Below are positions 62,364-64,000 of a stretch of 64,000 nt of DNA, one piece after another. The notes beneath the pieces are model-generated. The model did no database searches. It saw only the letters and a program-made list of their open reading frames with translations, and had not been told where the DNA came from. The stretch covers positions 76,198,001-76,262,000 of the forward strand of contig CM060731.1 of assembly GCA_030704615.1 (NCBI GenBank), given 5' to 3'. Position numbers and translations under genes: made by a program. The stretch is from Takakia lepidozioides. Taxonomy: Eukaryota; Plantae; Bryophyta. How positions within the stretch are numbered: position 1 is the first letter of the stretch; the number at the start of each line of letters is the position of its first letter.

Positions 62364-64000
62364 CACTACAATAGATGAGCGTTTTTATGACTTCACATAT
62401 GACTATTTTTTCAGTCTTATATGAGTTCATGACTACATCACTCTGTAGTGAAAAAAGCCCTGTCATAGCGACTAGTCTTTAGGACTGCGTTTTGCAAGTC
62501 ATATCCATTGACTGCTTGCGTGGCACTTGGAGTCCTGCTGCAGAGAGGGTTGCAGTCACAACTATATGACTAATATATGACTACATTGTCTGTTGAGCGT
62601 TGCCTACATGGAGAGGCGCGGGACACGCGCGCCACTGCTCAAGCGACACGTCATACATTCGTCAGGGGATCATATGACTATATGTCTGCAAAGTGATGCC
62701 TACATGGAGAGGCGACGGATGGATACGTGCGTCACTGCGAATTTGACATGTCACGACTTCTTGCCATGATCATATGACTACATGTCTGCACAGTGATGCC
62801 TACATGGAGAGGCGCTAGCGAAACACGTGTGCTATGGCAAATTTCACACGTGGTGACTACATGACTCGCTCATATGACTACAGGGATGTCTACATAAAGA
62901 GATATTAGCGGGACACCTGTTGCACTTGAGATGTGACATGTGGCACACAGACAAAATATATGACTAGCATATATGACTACGGATCTTTACACGTGGTGAA
63001 AATATGGATAAAGAATGTCGTGTCATATACTGCCACGTGTTCTGGTTTGAGCAAGAGTGATGCCACGTGTCATCAAGATTGTTTTCCGAAATAGTTTATA
63101 TTTTTAATGTTCATATTTTAATTTTTAGTTTTCATTTAATATTTAAAAGAACAGAGAGATTGCAGCCTTGGATTTTTTTTTTAATGGTATTATTTTTAAT
63201 ATTATTATTTAAAATGAAAGTAAATTAAATGATTTAAAATCTTCATTACATGGTGAAATTCCAACATGAAAACAGAATGGATCCCTCCTGCATACTATCA
63301 ACCACAAGGAGAATGAAAATAGTCAACTACAGGGCAATACAAGCCCTATAAATCACATTACAAAAATCCAAATGAGACCAATATCCCAATGGACACCTCA
63401 AAAGCCACAAGGTCAAAAAATCCATGCCTCAAAAGGCCCAGCCAAGAACAAGCAAGCCCACACATGGGCTGATTTGTTGTAGCTAGTATGTTCTAGTGCT
63501 ATTAGAATCAATAAGTCTGTCAAACAGTGCAATACTGACTATCCCTTCCGCAGCTCCATAAGTTTCAGTAACTTTAGACTCCAAAGTGTTGTCTGGCCAA
63601 CCACCTGCCCCAACTCGGTCTGTTTCCTAACACCATTCACATATGGTAGAGGGGTGTTACTGACACATGCCTCTTTGATGTACACACACGCATAATCAAG
63701 GGGCACAGCAGGGTACCCGTAACCCACCACGGCACCTTGAAGAGCAACAATCAGCCCTACTCCACATTTCTTGCGTTTGGAGTTCACATCCAACAGCCGA
63801 ACCTCGTCACCCACCCTGAACTGTGATCCCAACTCCACACAAAAAAGAACACGATGTGAAAACCCATGACATACACACGACTAGGACACTCAACATTTGC
63901 GAGTTAAAGAGAGCCCCAAGGTTGGAAAAAATATAACAGACAAGACAACGGCCTGGACTTACTCCATTTGCAGTCTCCAGTGGTGGTGAGACCTCTTTTG
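62364..64000. mobile_element. CACTA (En/Spm) element, left end; continues beyond the window
   Basis: Terminus CACTACAATAGA at 62364. Subterminal ATGACT/AGTCAT motifs and ~100-bp units (atatgactac...tgcctacatggagaggcg) extend to ~63010. An internal TnpA-like exon is present. Confidence 0.75.
63539..63820 (-). CDS. Last exon of a CACTA TnpA/Tnp1-like accessory protein
   Basis: VGDEVRLL..GVGLI..G.YPAVPLDYACVYI..TPLPY....LGQVVGQTTLW matches the C-terminal pattern of En/Spm Tnp1-type proteins. An acceptor cacag lies at 63821. Confidence 0.6.
   Translation of the reverse strand, partial: FRVGDEVRLLDVNSKRKKCGVGLIVALQGAVVGYGYPAVPLDYACVYIKEACVSNTPLPYVNGVRKQTELGQVVGQTTLWSLKLLKLMELRKG

Noticed and set aside
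62364-62450. 87-bp mini-CACTA (CACTACA...TGTAGTG)
   Set aside because: The flanks (tca/aaa) give no 3-bp TSD and subterminal repeats continue well past 62450.

Overview
Nuclear genomic DNA of a land plant. It is probably a non-seed plant (bryophyte- or lycophyte-like), inferred from short introns and many PLS-type PPR sequences; the species cannot be fixed from sequence alone. Positions 1-7.7 kb hold decayed nested retroelements (Ty3/gypsy gag, Ty1/copia gag-pol, L1 3' end). Seven intact genes follow: a GDSL lipase (+), mitochondrial ACP (-), a DEG9-like protease with N-terminal AT-hooks and a GC-AG intron (+), an intronless PLS-E-DYW RNA-editing factor (+), a Rubisco-LSMT/SETD3-type SET protein (+), TTLL12 (-) and a TruA pseudouridine synthase (+). 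There is also one orphan coiled-coil ORF. The accessory DNA contains an unusual transposon set: (1) a piggyBac-type MITE with CCCT termini and a TTAA TSD, whose empty site survives in a paralogous segment in this window; (2) a Sola-like/DUF7869-type DDE transposase with a putative Tudor/BAH-like C-terminal domain, lodged inside a dead PPR gene; (3) three copies of a non-L1, RTEX-like LINE; (4) a hAT MITE with a perfect 8-bp TSD; and (5) the left end of a CACTA element. Several PPR remnants surround the intact editing factor. Exon coordinates were read by eye from splice signals and reading frame.
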